A stretch of DNA of 32,000 bases from positions 270,001-302,000 of the forward strand of contig NZ_OZ060402.1 in assembly GCF_964059045.1 (NCBI RefSeq), read 5' to 3'. The DNA is from Candidatus Saccharimonadota bacterium (GTDB lineage Bacteria; Pseudomonadota; Gammaproteobacteria; Enterobacterales; Enterobacteriaceae). The position numbers and the translations under genes were made by a program. The notes below the pieces were generated by a model. The model ran no database searches. It was given only the letters and a program-made list of their open reading frames with translations, and was not told the origin of the DNA. Below, piece by piece: positions 1-10,564 of this stretch. Numbering within the stretch: position 1 is the stretch's first letter; every line of letters starts with the position of its first letter.

Positions 1-183
1 CATCTTCAATCAGCGGTATTATGTCAATTAATACCTATAGATGATAAATATATTAAAGTTTTATTTCAATCTCCAATATCATCGGTGACACCGGGTCAAT
101 CTGCTGTTTTTTATTTTTCTAATATATGTTTAGGAGGAGGGGTAATTTCATCTAGATTGCCTTATGTTTCATTATATATATAA
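1..183 (+). CDS. mnmA: 3' end of tRNA 2-thiouridine(34) synthase MnmA (5' part lies outside the window)
   Basis: Frame 1 is open from base 1 to TAA at 181-183. The translation ...[31 protein letters not shown]... matches the conserved MnmA C-terminus (E. coli ...[10 protein letters not shown]...CLGGGII..RLP...). It is absent from the ORF track because it has no start codon in the window. Confidence 0.8.
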   Translation, partial: HLQSAVLCQLIPIDDKYIKVLFQSPISSVTPGQSAVFYFSNICLGGGVISSRLPYVSLYI

Positions 184-426
184 AATATATATAAAAATAT
201 AATACATAGTAAAGTATAACTATATAAAAATCAAACTATATGAGAATTCAAATTATCAATTTGTAATTTTTTAAAATGATTAAAATAATTATTGATTTTA
301 TGTTTTTAAATTTTTAATATGAATTCCAATTATTGATATATTAAAAACAACGTAAAGAATTTTAAATTTTATAATTATTACATCAGAATTAATTTTAGTC
401 TTTAATTAAACATTAGGTATAATATA

Positions 427-1797
427 ATGAATGTCTTTTCTATAACTGCAATTTCACCAATAGATGGTCGTTATTTTGAAATGACATCTATTTTAAAAAA
501 ATTATTTAGTGAATATGGATTATTGAAATTTCGTATAAAAATAGAAATTTTATGGCTAAAACAATTATCTATGCATGCTGAATTAAAAGAATTACCATCT
601 TTTAATCAATCAATAATAAAAATATTAACAGAAATTGAAGAAAATTTTAATGAAGAAGATGCATTATATATAAAAATATTAGAAAAAAAAAATCAACATG
701 ATGTTAAATCAATAGAATATTTTTTAAAAAATAAAATTCAAATGCAATTAAATTGTTCTATCAATTTAGAATTTATTCATTTTTCATGTACTTCTGATGA
801 TATTAATAATTTAGCATATGCATTAATATTAAAAGATACAAGAAAAAATATATTAATTCCATTATGGGATAATATTATTCAAGAAATAAAAAAAATGGTT
901 TTTAAATATAAAAACATTGCTATTTTATCTCGTACTCATGGTCAAGCCGCTACTCCATCAACCATGGGTAAAGAAATAGCTAATTTTTTATATCGCATGA
1001 TGCGTCAATTAAAAATATTTAAAAAAATAGATATATTAGGGAAAATAAATGGTACTGTTGGAAATTATAATGCTCATCATGTTGCTTATCCAAATATAAA
1101 TTGGCATAAATTTAGTCAAGAATTTGTTACTGGATTAGGTATAAAATGGAATCCATTTACAACTCAAATAGAACCACATGATTATATTTCAGAATTACTA
1201 GATTGTATTATTAGATTTAATAATATTTTATTAGATTTTAATCGAGATATTTGGAGTTATATATCAATCAATTATTTCAATCAAAATGTTAATGAAAACG
1301 AAGTAGGTTCTTCAATTATGCCTCATAAAATTAATCCAATAGATTTTGAAAATTCTGAAGGAAATTTAGGATTATCAAATTCTATAATGCAACATATGTC
1401 AAATAAATTATTAATCTCTAGATGGCAACGAGATTTAAGTGATTCAACTGTGTTAAGAAATTTAGGAGTAGCTGTTTCTTATTCTGTTATTGCATATAAA
1501 TCTGTTTTGTCAGGCATAAGTAAATTACAAATTAATAAAAAAGTTTTATTTACAGATCTAGAAATGCATTGGGAAATATTAGCTGAACCAATACAAACTA
1601 TGATGAGAAAAAATAATATTAAAAATTCATATGAAATTCTTAAAAAAATGACTAGAGGTAAAAAAATTAATCAAAAATTAATTAGAGATTTTATTAATAC
1701 ATTAAACATACCTGATCAAGAAAAGAGACAGTTACAATTATTAACACCTCATAATTATTTAGGATATGCTTCAAGAATTGTTGATGAAATTATTTAA
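427..1797 (+). CDS. purB: adenylosuccinate lyase
   Basis: The 456-aa ORF has the same length as E. coli PurB. It carries the fumarate-lyase family signature GSSIMPHKINP. A SD-like taggt precedes the ATG. Confidence 0.95.
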   Translation: MNVFSITAISPIDGRYFEMTSILKKLFSEYGLLKFRIKIEILWLKQLSMHAELKELPSFNQSIIKILTEIEENFNEEDALYIKILEKKNQHDVKSIEYFLKNKIQMQLNCSINLEFIHFSCTSDDINNLAYALILKDTRKNILIPLWDNIIQEIKKMVFKYKNIAILSRTHGQAATPSTMGKEIANFLYRMMRQLKIFKKIDILGKINGTVGNYNAHHVAYPNINWHKFSQEFVTGLGIKWNPFTTQIEPHDYISELLDCIIRFNNILLDFNRDIWSYISINYFNQNVNENEVGSSIMPHKINPIDFENSEGNLGLSNSIMQHMSNKLLISRWQRDLSDSTVLRNLGVAVSYSVIAYKSVLSGISKLQINKKVLFTDLEMHWEILAEPIQTMMRKNNIKNSYEILKKMTRGKKINQKLIRDFINTLNIPDQEKRQLQLLTPHNYLGYASRIVDEII

Positions 1798-1993
1798 TAT
1801 TTTTTATTGAGCAATAAATTATTATTTTAAAATATTTAAAATATATATTTTTATCAAAATATATAAATAAATACATTAATTTTTATGAATCACACATAAT
1901 AGTAACATAATCAACATTATGTAAAAAAATAATTTTTAAATATATTGTATTATGATGCATATTTAAATTTTTATGTGTTCAAGGTTATTAATA

Positions 1994-2764
1994 ATGAAAT
2001 TTCTTTCTGGGAAAAAAATTTTAATCACAGGATTATTAAATAATTATTCTATTGCTTTTGGAATTGCACAATCAATGTTTCAACATGGTGCTGAATTAGC
2101 TTTTACATATTCTGACATACGTTTAAAAAAAAAAGTAAAACTTTTAGCGAAATCATTTAATTCTAAAATATGTTTATTTTGCGATGTTAACTATGATTTA
2201 AATATTGTTAAATTATTTTTAAAATTATCACAATATTGGAAAAAATTTGATGGTTTTGTACATTGTCTTGCATTTGCTTCACGTTCACAATTTAAAGGTG
2301 ATTATTTACAGGTTATTTCAAAAGAAGATTTTGAAATAACACATAATATTACTTCATACAGTTTTGTGGCCATGGCTAGAGAAAGTTTAAAAATGTTAAA
2401 TAAAAATTCTGCTTTAATTACTCTTTCTTATTTAGGCGCTGTAAGAGTAATTCCTTACTATAATATTATGGGTGTTGCTAAAGCATCTTTAGAATCTAAT
2501 GTCAGATATGTTGCTTGTTCTTTAGGAAAATATGATATTCGTGTTAATGCAATTTCTTCAGGTCCAATTAGAACCGTATCTTCATCTGTAATTAAAAATT
2601 TTCATCAATTATTGAAAAAATATAAAAAAAATTCACCTATAAAACGGGATATTTCTATTCATGATATTGGAAATACAGCATCTTTTTTATGTTCCAATTT
2701 ATCTATTGGAATTACAGGACAAATAATTTATGTAGATAACGGTTTTAATATTACAGCTATTTGA
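1994..2764 (+). CDS. fabI: enoyl-ACP reductase (NADH) FabI
   Basis: It aligns end to end with E. coli FabI (MKFLSGKKILITG vs MGFLSGKRILVTG; ...NAISSGPIRT...). I moved the start from ORF-track 1973 to ATG 1994 to match the orthologue N-terminus. Confidence 0.93.
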   Translation: MKFLSGKKILITGLLNNYSIAFGIAQSMFQHGAELAFTYSDIRLKKKVKLLAKSFNSKICLFCDVNYDLNIVKLFLKLSQYWKKFDGFVHCLAFASRSQFKGDYLQVISKEDFEITHNITSYSFVAMARESLKMLNKNSALITLSYLGAVRVIPYYNIMGVAKASLESNVRYVACSLGKYDIRVNAISSGPIRTVSSSVIKNFHQLLKKYKKNSPIKRDISIHDIGNTASFLCSNLSIGITGQIIYVDNGFNITAI

Positions 2765-3000
2765 TATTATAAAATATAAATATATTTGATTATTTATTTT
2801 ATCATTCATTAAATAAATTAATGTATCTAGTTTTATTTGATTAATAAAAAATAAAAATTTATTTTTTAACTTGTTTATCTCACTATAGTGTATTACTCTA
2901 AAATTATATCTTTTCGATTTTTTATTATTATATAATTGAGAATATATATGATTTTTTATTGATATCTTTCATTTTCATTCTAATTTTAGGTATTATTATT

Positions 3001-4968
3001 ATGTTTCAAGATAATCCATTACTTGTAAAATTAAAAAAAAAATTACATTCTAAAATGCCTCGAATAGAAGGTATAATAAAAAGTTCGGAGAGAGGTTTTG
3101 GATTTTTAGAAATAGATTTTCAGAAAAGTTATTTTATTCCACCAAAAAATATGAAAAAAGTTATGCATGGTGATCGAATTAGAGCAATATTAAAAACTGA
3201 ACAAAATAGAGAAATAATTGAACCAGAAAAGTTAATTGATCCTTTTTTAAAAACATTTGTAGGTAAAATTCATAAAACATCTAATCAATTATTTATTTTA
3301 CCTGATTTTCCTTTAATCAATAATTTAATAAAATGTACGAATAAATCTGATCTTTCACATAATTTTAAACATGGTGATTGGGCTATTGCTAAATTAACTA
3401 AACATAAATTAGAAGGACATCAATTTTTTTTTGCAGAATTAATTGATTTTATTGTAACAGAAAAAAATCATTTATATCCTTGGTTAGTCACTTTGTCCGC
3501 TAATAATTTAAAAAAAGAATCTCCTATATTGTTAAATCATGAAGAAATTATATTTGATGATTCAATTTCGAGACATGATTTAACTAATTTAGATTTCATT
3601 ACAATTGATAGTTTGGAAACTAAGGACATTGATGATGCAATATTTATTGAACAAAATCATTATTTTTTTACTGTCTATGTTGCTATTGCTGATCCAAGTT
3701 CATATATATCACAGAATAGTCGATTAGATAATATTGCTAAAGAAAGAGGTTTTACTAATTATCTTCCTGGATTTACTATTCCTATGTTACCAAATGAATT
3801 ATCTGAAGATATCTGTTCATTATTACCTAATGTTCGTCGTCCCGTGGTAGTGTGTCGTTTTAATGTTTTATTAGATGGAAGAATTTTAGATGATAGTATT
3901 GTATTTTTTATGGGATGGATTCAATCAAAATCAAAATTAGTTTATGACAATGTATCAAATTGGTTAGATAAAAAGATAGGTTGGGAACCAGAATTAAAAT
4001 CTATCAGAAATCAAATTATATTATTGCATAAATTATATCAAATAAGATTTTTTTGGAGAAAAAATAATGCTTTAATCTTTAGAGATCGACCTGAATATAA
4101 GTTTTATTTTTCAAAAGATAATTTAATATCAAATATAATTATTGAACCTAGACGTATTGCACATCGCATGATTGAAGAAGCAATGATTGCTGCTAATGTA
4201 TGTGCTGCTAAATTTTTATCTAAACATTTAGGATATGGTATATATAATATTCATAAAGGTTTTGCAGATATTATCAATGCTGAACATGCTGTTGCTCTAT
4301 TATCTAAATTTAAAATTAATTTTACTGTAAAAGATATTATGACTTTAGATGGTTTTTGTAAAATGCATAGAGAATTAAATATTTTATCTAATAGTTATTT
4401 AGATGCTAGAATACGTAAATTTCAATCATTTGGAGAAATTAATATTTATCCTGATTGTCATTATTCCTTAGGTTTTGAAAAATATGCTACTTGGACATCA
4501 CCAATTAGAAAATATAGTGATATTATTAATCATCGTTTGTTAAAATCTATTATTCTAAAACAACCAAGTATTAAAATTCATCATGATGTCTTAATAAATA
4601 TTAATGATAAAAAACGTAAATATCGTATAGTAAAAAGAAGTGTTGAAGATTGGTTATATATTTTATATTTTAATCAAAAAAATAAAAAAATAAATCAATA
4701 TGATGCAGAAATTATAGATATTTATAAAAGTGGAATCCGGGCCAGATTATTAGAAAATGGAGCAAATGTTTTTATACCAGCTACTTTTTTACATTTTCTT
4801 AAAGAAGAACTATTTCTTGATAAAGAAAACGGTCTAGTATACATTAAAAATGATATAGCTTATAAATTAACTGATATCATACAAGTAAATTTAATAGATA
4901 TTAAAAAATCTACAAGAAATATTATAGCAAAACCAAAATCATGTTCTACATTAGAATTAAATAATTAA
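3001..4968 (+). CDS. rnb: exoribonuclease II (RNase II)
   Basis: The N-terminus MFQDNPLLVKLKKKLHS matches E. coli Rnb MFQDNPLLAQLKQQLHS. RNB domain motifs (DSLETKDIDDA, HRMIEEAMIAAN) are present. ORF-track TTG 2959 adds a 14-aa hydrophobic extension with no counterpart, so I use ATG 3001. Confidence 0.93.
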   Translation: MFQDNPLLVKLKKKLHSKMPRIEGIIKSSERGFGFLEIDFQKSYFIPPKNMKKVMHGDRIRAILKTEQNREIIEPEKLIDPFLKTFVGKIHKTSNQLFILPDFPLINNLIKCTNKSDLSHNFKHGDWAIAKLTKHKLEGHQFFFAELIDFIVTEKNHLYPWLVTLSANNLKKESPILLNHEEIIFDDSISRHDLTNLDFITIDSLETKDIDDAIFIEQNHYFFTVYVAIADPSSYISQNSRLDNIAKERGFTNYLPGFTIPMLPNELSEDICSLLPNVRRPVVVCRFNVLLDGRILDDSIVFFMGWIQSKSKLVYDNVSNWLDKKIGWEPELKSIRNQIILLHKLYQIRFFWRKNNALIFRDRPEYKFYFSKDNLISNIIIEPRRIAHRMIEEAMIAANVCAAKFLSKHLGYGIYNIHKGFADIINAEHAVALLSKFKINFTVKDIMTLDGFCKMHRELNILSNSYLDARIRKFQSFGEINIYPDCHYSLGFEKYATWTSPIRKYSDIINHRLLKSIILKQPSIKIHHDVLININDKKRKYRIVKRSVEDWLYILYFNQKNKKINQYDAEIIDIYKSGIRARLLENGANVFIPATFLHFLKEELFLDKENGLVYIKNDIAYKLTDIIQVNLIDIKKSTRNIIAKPKSCSTLELNN

Positions 4969-5166
4969 ATTTAAATATTATATTAATTTTAATATTTTTT
5001 AAAATAAAATAGTAAATATTATTCAATTTTACTAAAAATCATCAATAAAAATATTTGTTATAAAAATATTATAATAATTACTAATATTGATTTTGATTAT
5101 ATCAATCTTTTATTAATTTAATATTCAATTTTATAGAATGCCTTTAATATAAATTAGGAGCATAGT

Positions 5167-5814
5167 GTGCAATTTTTTTTCCTAGATTTTTCTGCTTATA
5201 TAAAATTTTTCATTAATTTATTTGCATTAGTTAATCCTGTTGGAATGATTCCAATTTTTATGAGTATGACGATTAATCAAACTACATCAGAAAGAAATAA
5301 AACTAATTTCAAAGCAAATTTTTCTTCAGCAATCATTTTAATAATTACATTATTTGTTGGTGATTATATATTAAATATTTTTGGAATTTCTATTAATTCT
5401 TTTAGAATAGCTGGTGGAATATTAATTATTATGATAGCGATGTCTATGATTAATGGAAAATTAATTAAAGAAATGGAACAAAAACAAAAATTAAATGATG
5501 ATAAAACTGTATATAAAGATATTTCTATTGTACCGTTAGCTACTCCTTTAATAGCGGGACCTGGTGCTATTAGTTCGACTATTGTTTGGAGTAATTATTA
5601 TTCTCAATGGAATAATCTTTTTTGTTGTTGTTTGTTAATTATATTTTTTTCTTTTTTTTGTTGGTTATTATTTAGAACTGGTCCTGCTGTAGTACATTTA
5701 TTAGGAAAAACAGGAATAAATGTTTTAACTAGAATTATGGGTTTATTGCTTATGTCTTTAGGTATAGAATTTATAACTATCGGTATAAAATCTACATTTC
5801 ATTTTTTAATGTAA
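5167..5814 (+). CDS. ychE: MarC-family inner membrane protein (YchE-like)
   Basis: The 215-aa product has the same length as E. coli YchE and clear identity (FALVNPVGMIPIF, SFRIAGGILI, GINVLTRIMGLLLMSLGIEFI). It uses a GTG start 7 nt after aggag (5155-5159). Confidence 0.85.
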   Translation: MQFFFLDFSAYIKFFINLFALVNPVGMIPIFMSMTINQTTSERNKTNFKANFSSAIILIITLFVGDYILNIFGISINSFRIAGGILIIMIAMSMINGKLIKEMEQKQKLNDDKTVYKDISIVPLATPLIAGPGAISSTIVWSNYYSQWNNLFCCCLLIIFFSFFCWLLFRTGPAVVHLLGKTGINVLTRIMGLLLMSLGIEFITIGIKSTFHFLM

Positions 5815-5818
5815 TAAT

Positions 5819-5846
5819 AATACTATATTAATATAGAGTATTTTTT
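5819..5846 (+). terminator. candidate intrinsic terminator after ychE
   Basis: The hairpin aatactatat-taa-tatagagtatt has 6+3 bp with one mismatch (5819-5842). It is followed by a T run to 5846 and starts 5 nt after the ychE stop. The stem is weak and AT-rich. Confidence 0.3.
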
Positions 5847-5975
5847 ACATGAATCATAATTTATACACCTTTGATGATTATAATTAATTAATAATATTAT
5901 TTTAAATAATATATTTATTTACTATAATCTAAACATTATTTTTAAATATATTAAAAAATTATTTTTTATCAATAT

Positions 5976-6578
5976 ATGTATAAAAAAATTATTATTAAAG
6001 ATTTAGGGTTGACTCATTGGAAAACAACTTTTCTTGCTATGCATGAATTTATAAAAAATAGTAGTTCTCAATCTATAGATGAAATTTGGTTTTTAGAACA
6101 TTATTCTATTTTTACTCATGGTCAAGTAAAAAACCATGATAATATAATTAATTTAAATAATATACCTCTGGAGTATAGTGATAGAGGTGGAAGAATTACA
6201 TATCATGCTCCAGGACAACAGATAGTATATTTTTTAATTAATATTAAACGTCGTAATATATATCCTCGTTGTTTGATTACTTTATTAGAAAAATTAATTA
6301 TTAATACATTAAAATATTTTTCAATTATAGGTTATACAATAAATAATTATCCTGGTGTATATGTAGATAATAAAAAAATTTGTTCTATTGGATTAAGAAT
6401 AAAAAATGGATATTCTTTACATGGTTTAGCACTGAATGTAAATTTAGATTTGTTGCCATTTAATTATATATATCCTTGTGGAAATCAAAATATAAAAATG
6501 ACTATGATGGCAGATTATGTTTCTAATATTACGATGCATCAAGTTAAAACTGTTTTATTAAAACAAAATTTTTTTTAA
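5976..6578 (+). CDS. lipB: octanoyltransferase LipB
   Basis: The 200-aa product aligns with E. coli LipB (DEIWFLEHYSIFTHGQ, SDRGGRITYHAPGQQIVY, KKICSIGLRI, HGLALNV). Confidence 0.9.
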   Translation: MYKKIIIKDLGLTHWKTTFLAMHEFIKNSSSQSIDEIWFLEHYSIFTHGQVKNHDNIINLNNIPLEYSDRGGRITYHAPGQQIVYFLINIKRRNIYPRCLITLLEKLIINTLKYFSIIGYTINNYPGVYVDNKKICSIGLRIKNGYSLHGLALNVNLDLLPFNYIYPCGNQNIKMTMMADYVSNITMHQVKTVLLKQNFF

Positions 6579-6636
6579 TGCATTTATTTATTATTTTTTA
6601 AATATTTTTTATTATTATTATTTTTAGTGTATTATA

Positions 6637-7638
6637 TTGTACAAAAATTGTTATTTAAACGGAAATAAGAAATTGATAAAAAAAAAATATAATATTGTAT
6701 TAAATTCGATTAATAAAAAAAATGATTTATCTAAATATATTGATATTGAAAATATTTCTATAAAAAATGATATTTTGCAAAAACCTAATTGGATAAAAGT
6801 AAAATTACCAGTTAAAACTAAAAAAATTAAAAAAATGCAAGATATTTTAAAAAAAAATAAATTAAATTCTGTATGTGAAGAAGCACAATGTCCAAATTTT
6901 TTTGAATGTTTTAATAAAGGCACTGTTACATTTATGATTTTAGGATCTATTTGTACTAGGCGTTGTCCATTTTGTGCAGTGAAATCAGGTAGACCGATGT
7001 TAATTGATCCAAATGAAGCAATAAATTTAGCTCATGTTATTAAGCAAATAAAAGTTAATTATGTAGTGTTAACATCTGTAGCAAGAGATGATTTACACGA
7101 TGGAGGATCTGGTCATTTTTCTGATTGTATTTTACAAATCCGTCAAATTAATGATATTAAAATTGAAATTTTAGTACCAGATTTTAGGAATTGTCAAAAT
7201 ATAGCTTTAAAAAATATTGGACAATCATTACCAGATATTTTTAACCATAATTTAGAAAATGTTCCAAGATTATATAAACAAGTAAGGCCAGGTGCAAATT
7301 ACAAATCTTCTTTAAAATTATTATTTGAATTTAAAAAATTATATCCAAATATCAAAACTAAATCTGGATTAATGTTAGGTTTAGGAGAAAGTAATGCAGA
7401 AATTATTCAAGTAATGAAAGATTTATATTCTAATGGTGTAGATATGTTAACTATTGGTCAGTATTTACGTCCTAGTAGATTACATTTACCAGTCATTCGT
7501 TATGTTTCTGTTTCGGAATTTGATGAAATTAAAAAAGAAGCATTATCTATTGGATTTACTAATGTATTTTGCGGACCTTTAGTTAGGTCATCGTATCATG
7601 CTTATGAACAAACTAAGATATTTAATAACGATAAATAG
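6637..7638 (+). CDS. lipA: lipoyl synthase LipA (start codon uncertain)
   Basis: It has the radical-SAM cluster CTRRCPFC plus the N-terminal CEEAQCPN cluster, and strong identity to E. coli LipA from [10 protein letters not shown] onward. There is no in-frame ATG upstream of the conserved region. TTG 6637 is the ORF-track start, and TTG 6670 would give an E. coli-like length. Confidence 0.9.
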   Translation: MYKNCYLNGNKKLIKKKYNIVLNSINKKNDLSKYIDIENISIKNDILQKPNWIKVKLPVKTKKIKKMQDILKKNKLNSVCEEAQCPNFFECFNKGTVTFMILGSICTRRCPFCAVKSGRPMLIDPNEAINLAHVIKQIKVNYVVLTSVARDDLHDGGSGHFSDCILQIRQINDIKIEILVPDFRNCQNIALKNIGQSLPDIFNHNLENVPRLYKQVRPGANYKSSLKLLFEFKKLYPNIKTKSGLMLGLGESNAEIIQVMKDLYSNGVDMLTIGQYLRPSRLHLPVIRYVSVSEFDEIKKEALSIGFTNVFCGPLVRSSYHAYEQTKIFNNDK

Positions 7639-7666
7639 TCTTAAAAATAAATTATTTTAAATGATT

Positions 7667-7695
7667 AAATAATATTTTTATAATATTATTTTTTT
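7667..7695 (+). terminator. candidate intrinsic terminator after lipA
   Basis: A perfect 10-bp all-A/T stem (7667-7676 / 7682-7691) with a 5-nt loop is followed by TTTT. It lies 29 nt after the lipA stop. Confidence 0.3.
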
Positions 7696-7726
7696 ATATG
7701 TATTTATATGTAATAAGAGGTTAATT

Positions 7727-8437
7727 TTGTTACAATTTGATTCAGTAAAAAAAACAAAAATTATAGTAGCTTTAGATTATTCTAGTAAGAATGAAACAAT
7801 GAAATTAGTAAATATTTTAGATCCATCTTTATTTTATTTAAAAATAGGTAAAGCAATGTTTACTCGTTTTGGATTAAAATTAATACATGATTTACATAAA
7901 TTAAAATTTAAAATTTTTCTTGATTTAAAGTTTCATGATATTCCAAACACTGTTTTTTCATCCGTTCAAGCGGCAGCAGATTTAGGTATATGGATGATTA
8001 GTGTACATATTTCAGGTGGAATAAATATGCTTAATTCAGCTAAATTAGCATTAAAAAGTTTTACTCATAATGCTCCAATGTTAGTAGGTATTACAGTATT
8101 AACAAGTTTAAACAATCATGATTTAAAAACTATTGGTATTTTTCATTCATTACATAAACAAATTTTTTTATTAGCTAATTTAGCAAAAAAATGTTGTTTA
8201 GATGGTATAGTGTGTTCAGGTTTAGAAGCTAAAAACATTAAACAACAATTTGGAAATAGTTTAAAAGTTATTTCTCCTGGTATTCGTTTATCTGGTTCAT
8301 CAAATAATGATCAAAATCAAATTATTACACCAGAATTAGCTAAAAAATTTTTTATTGATTATATAGTTATAGGTAGACCAGTGACTTTGTCTAAAAATCC
8401 AATATCTATATTAGATCATTTAAATTCTATATTATAA
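7727..8437 (+). CDS. pyrF: orotidine-5'-phosphate decarboxylase
   Basis: The 236-aa product carries the motifs IIVALDY and FLDLKFHDIPNT, as in E. coli PyrF. It uses a TTG start 6 nt after aagagg (7715-7720). The only upstream in-frame ATG is followed immediately by a stop. Confidence 0.9.
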   Translation: MLQFDSVKKTKIIVALDYSSKNETMKLVNILDPSLFYLKIGKAMFTRFGLKLIHDLHKLKFKIFLDLKFHDIPNTVFSSVQAAADLGIWMISVHISGGINMLNSAKLALKSFTHNAPMLVGITVLTSLNNHDLKTIGIFHSLHKQIFLLANLAKKCCLDGIVCSGLEAKNIKQQFGNSLKVISPGIRLSGSSNNDQNQIITPELAKKFFIDYIVIGRPVTLSKNPISILDHLNSIL

Positions 8438-8632
8438 AAATAATTTTTATTAAGATTTAAAATTATTATTGTTTTATATCAAATTCAACATATATGAAAT
8501 ATATAAAGAAAAATAAAATTTATTTTTTAATGATTTGATTAAATATGCATTTAAATCAATTTAATATTTTTGCACATATTTTATATATGTCATACATTAT
8601 GAAATATATTTAAGATTAAAAATGGGGTATGT

Positions 8633-9241
8633 ATGTCTCTCGAAAAAATAAAAGAAGAAGCTATATTACCAACTCCATGGGGAAAATTTATTTTAATAGG
8701 TTTTAAAGAAAATACGAAAATTGAAAAAAATCATGTTGCTTTAATATATGGAAAAATTTTAAATAATACAAATCCTATATTAGTTAGAGTACATTCTGAA
8801 TGTTTAACAGGTGATGCGTTATTCAGTTTACGTTGTGATTGTGGTTTTCAATTAAAAAAATCTATGAAAATGATTGCTTCTTTAGGTAAAGGAATTATTA
8901 TATATCATCGACAAGAGGGAAGAAATATTGGATTATTAAATAAAATAAAAGCATATTCTTTACAAGATACTGGATTAGATACTGTAGAAGCTAATCATAA
9001 ATTAGGTTTTTTAGCAGATGAAAGAAATTTTTCAGTATGTGCAGATATTTTAAACAATTTAAATATAAAAGATATATTTTTATTAACTAATAATCCTTTA
9101 AAAGTTATTGCTATGAAAAAATTAGGAATTAATGTAATTAAAAGAGTTTCTTTAATTGTAGGCAGAAATATTAATAATTCTATTTATCTCGACACAAAAG
9201 AAAAAAAAATGGGACATTGTTTAAAAAAAAATATTCAATAA
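8633..9241 (+). CDS. ribA: GTP cyclohydrolase II
   Basis: The 202-aa product is near-identical to E. coli RibA over [22 protein letters not shown] and [15 protein letters not shown]. Confidence 0.95.
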   Translation: MSLEKIKEEAILPTPWGKFILIGFKENTKIEKNHVALIYGKILNNTNPILVRVHSECLTGDALFSLRCDCGFQLKKSMKMIASLGKGIIIYHRQEGRNIGLLNKIKAYSLQDTGLDTVEANHKLGFLADERNFSVCADILNNLNIKDIFLLTNNPLKVIAMKKLGINVIKRVSLIVGRNINNSIYLDTKEKKMGHCLKKNIQ

Positions 9242-10564
9242 TAAAATAATAAAATCATGAAATATTTATGTAGTTAAAATCAATAACTTAATAAAATATT
9301 ACTCATGATGATATAAAATATAATTTATGTATCATTATTTTATGATATTATACAACAATATATATTAATTTGATCAATATTTTTTTTATGGTTTTTAACA
9401 ATAAATATTGTTTAATTAAATTATATTTTTAAAATTATTATTTCAATAATTATATTGATATTTTCAATTAATATATATATAAGAAACAGTTTTATATTAA
9501 TATTAAAATAAAATTTTTTTGGTTATAATTTATAAAATGAAAAAATAATTTTTAAAAATACAACTATCATTATTTTTTATTATTGTTTATATTTGAAAAT
9601 TTTAAAATATATTTAAAAAAATATAATATTTTTTTAATATATAAGTATTTTAATAAAAATGATGTATATTTTTATATATAGTTATCTTGATAAATATATT
9701 TGGTTTTAAAATTTTTACTTATCTAAATTCTTTTTATATATATTTTTAATAGATGACTATATATAAAATAAGAATTTTTTTAATTTTATTTATAATTGGA
9801 TTAAGATATATTTTTATATATAGATATATATTTATTTCAGTAAAATGATATCAAAAAATACATTTAGATATATTAAAAAAATATAATACTAATCTGTGAT
9901 AAATATTTTTAATGTTTTAATTATGACATATATTATATTCCTAATATTTTTTTCGATCTTAAAAAGTGTTATTTTTAAAATTATGATGAATATATTTATA
10001 TTCATTAGAAATATTGGATTTTTGATTTTAAAATAACATTTTTTTAATATTTTTTTCTTGTTTTGATTATTGTTAATTTTTTTTTAAAAAAAATATTCTA
10101 AATTTTTTTAACATAAAAGTTTTTATCAGATGTTTTTAGAATTGGAATATTATAAAAAAATTATTAAGAAATTAATCATTATAATATTGTCTAAATATAA
10201 TTTTATTATAATATTTTTAATTATTTATTAATGATATTAATCTAAATCACTACAATCATTAATTAATTTTTTAAATTATAGTACAATTTAAAAAAATAAT
10301 ATTTAATAATATAATAATAATGAATTAAAAATGAACATGAAAAATTTCAAATTTAAATTTTACTGATGAATAATTATTTTTATAATAAATTTTAAATTAA
10401 TATTTATAAAACAAATTTGTATTCAATGTTGATTAAATCAATAATAAAAATAATTAATTTAATTAATTTTTTAAATAAAAATTTATCAAGATAATTAATT
10501 TTCATTTTATTTATTTTTGGATACTATAAAAACTACATCATAAATTCAATATCATTTTGTATTA
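9242..10564. other. 1.3 kb ORF-free, nearly pure A/T intergenic spacer between convergent ribA and clsA
   Basis: The supplied six-frame track lists no ORF here. By eye G+C is far below even the local coding average. This is the longest non-coding stretch in the window. Confidence 0.7.

Noticed and set aside
2959-3000. N-terminal extensions in the ORF track (rnb 2959, fabI 1973, yedA 19200, rluB 20348, sohB 21380, suhB 27486)
   Set aside because: In each case alignment to the E. coli N-terminus places the real start at an internal ATG. The extensions have no homologous counterpart.
6651-6923. 90-aa ORF antisense to the 5' part of lipA
   Set aside because: It lies entirely within, and opposite to, a well-supported conserved gene. 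The translation is low-complexity (F/L/I/K-rich), and it has no SD and no recognisable family.
9613-9888. 16-nt exact direct repeat ttaaaaaaatataata at 9613-9628 and 9873-9888
   Set aside because: It is pure A/T. My rough estimate gives on the order of one such coincidence within a 1.3 kb region that is about 90% A/T.
10331-10366. Mini-ORF MNMKNFKFKFY* resembling a Phe-rich leader peptide
   Set aside because: It has no downstream plus-strand gene to regulate, since clsA is on the opposite strand. It has no SD, and such a mini-ORF is easily produced by chance in A/T-rich sequence.
9242-10564. Idea that the convergent ribA/clsA spacer is the replication terminus (strand-skew switch)
   Set aside because: I made approximate hand tallies of plus-strand G and C in 240-300-nt samples. 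rnb 3001-3300 gave about 41 G/30 C and topA 23161-23460 gave about 55/39. For the minus-strand genes, clsA 10621-10920 gave about 27/48 and suhB 26701-26940 gave about 26/43. The skew follows the coding strand equally on both sides, with no sign of a replication-skew flip. I saw no dif-like site either. Deciding this needs a whole-genome cumulative skew.
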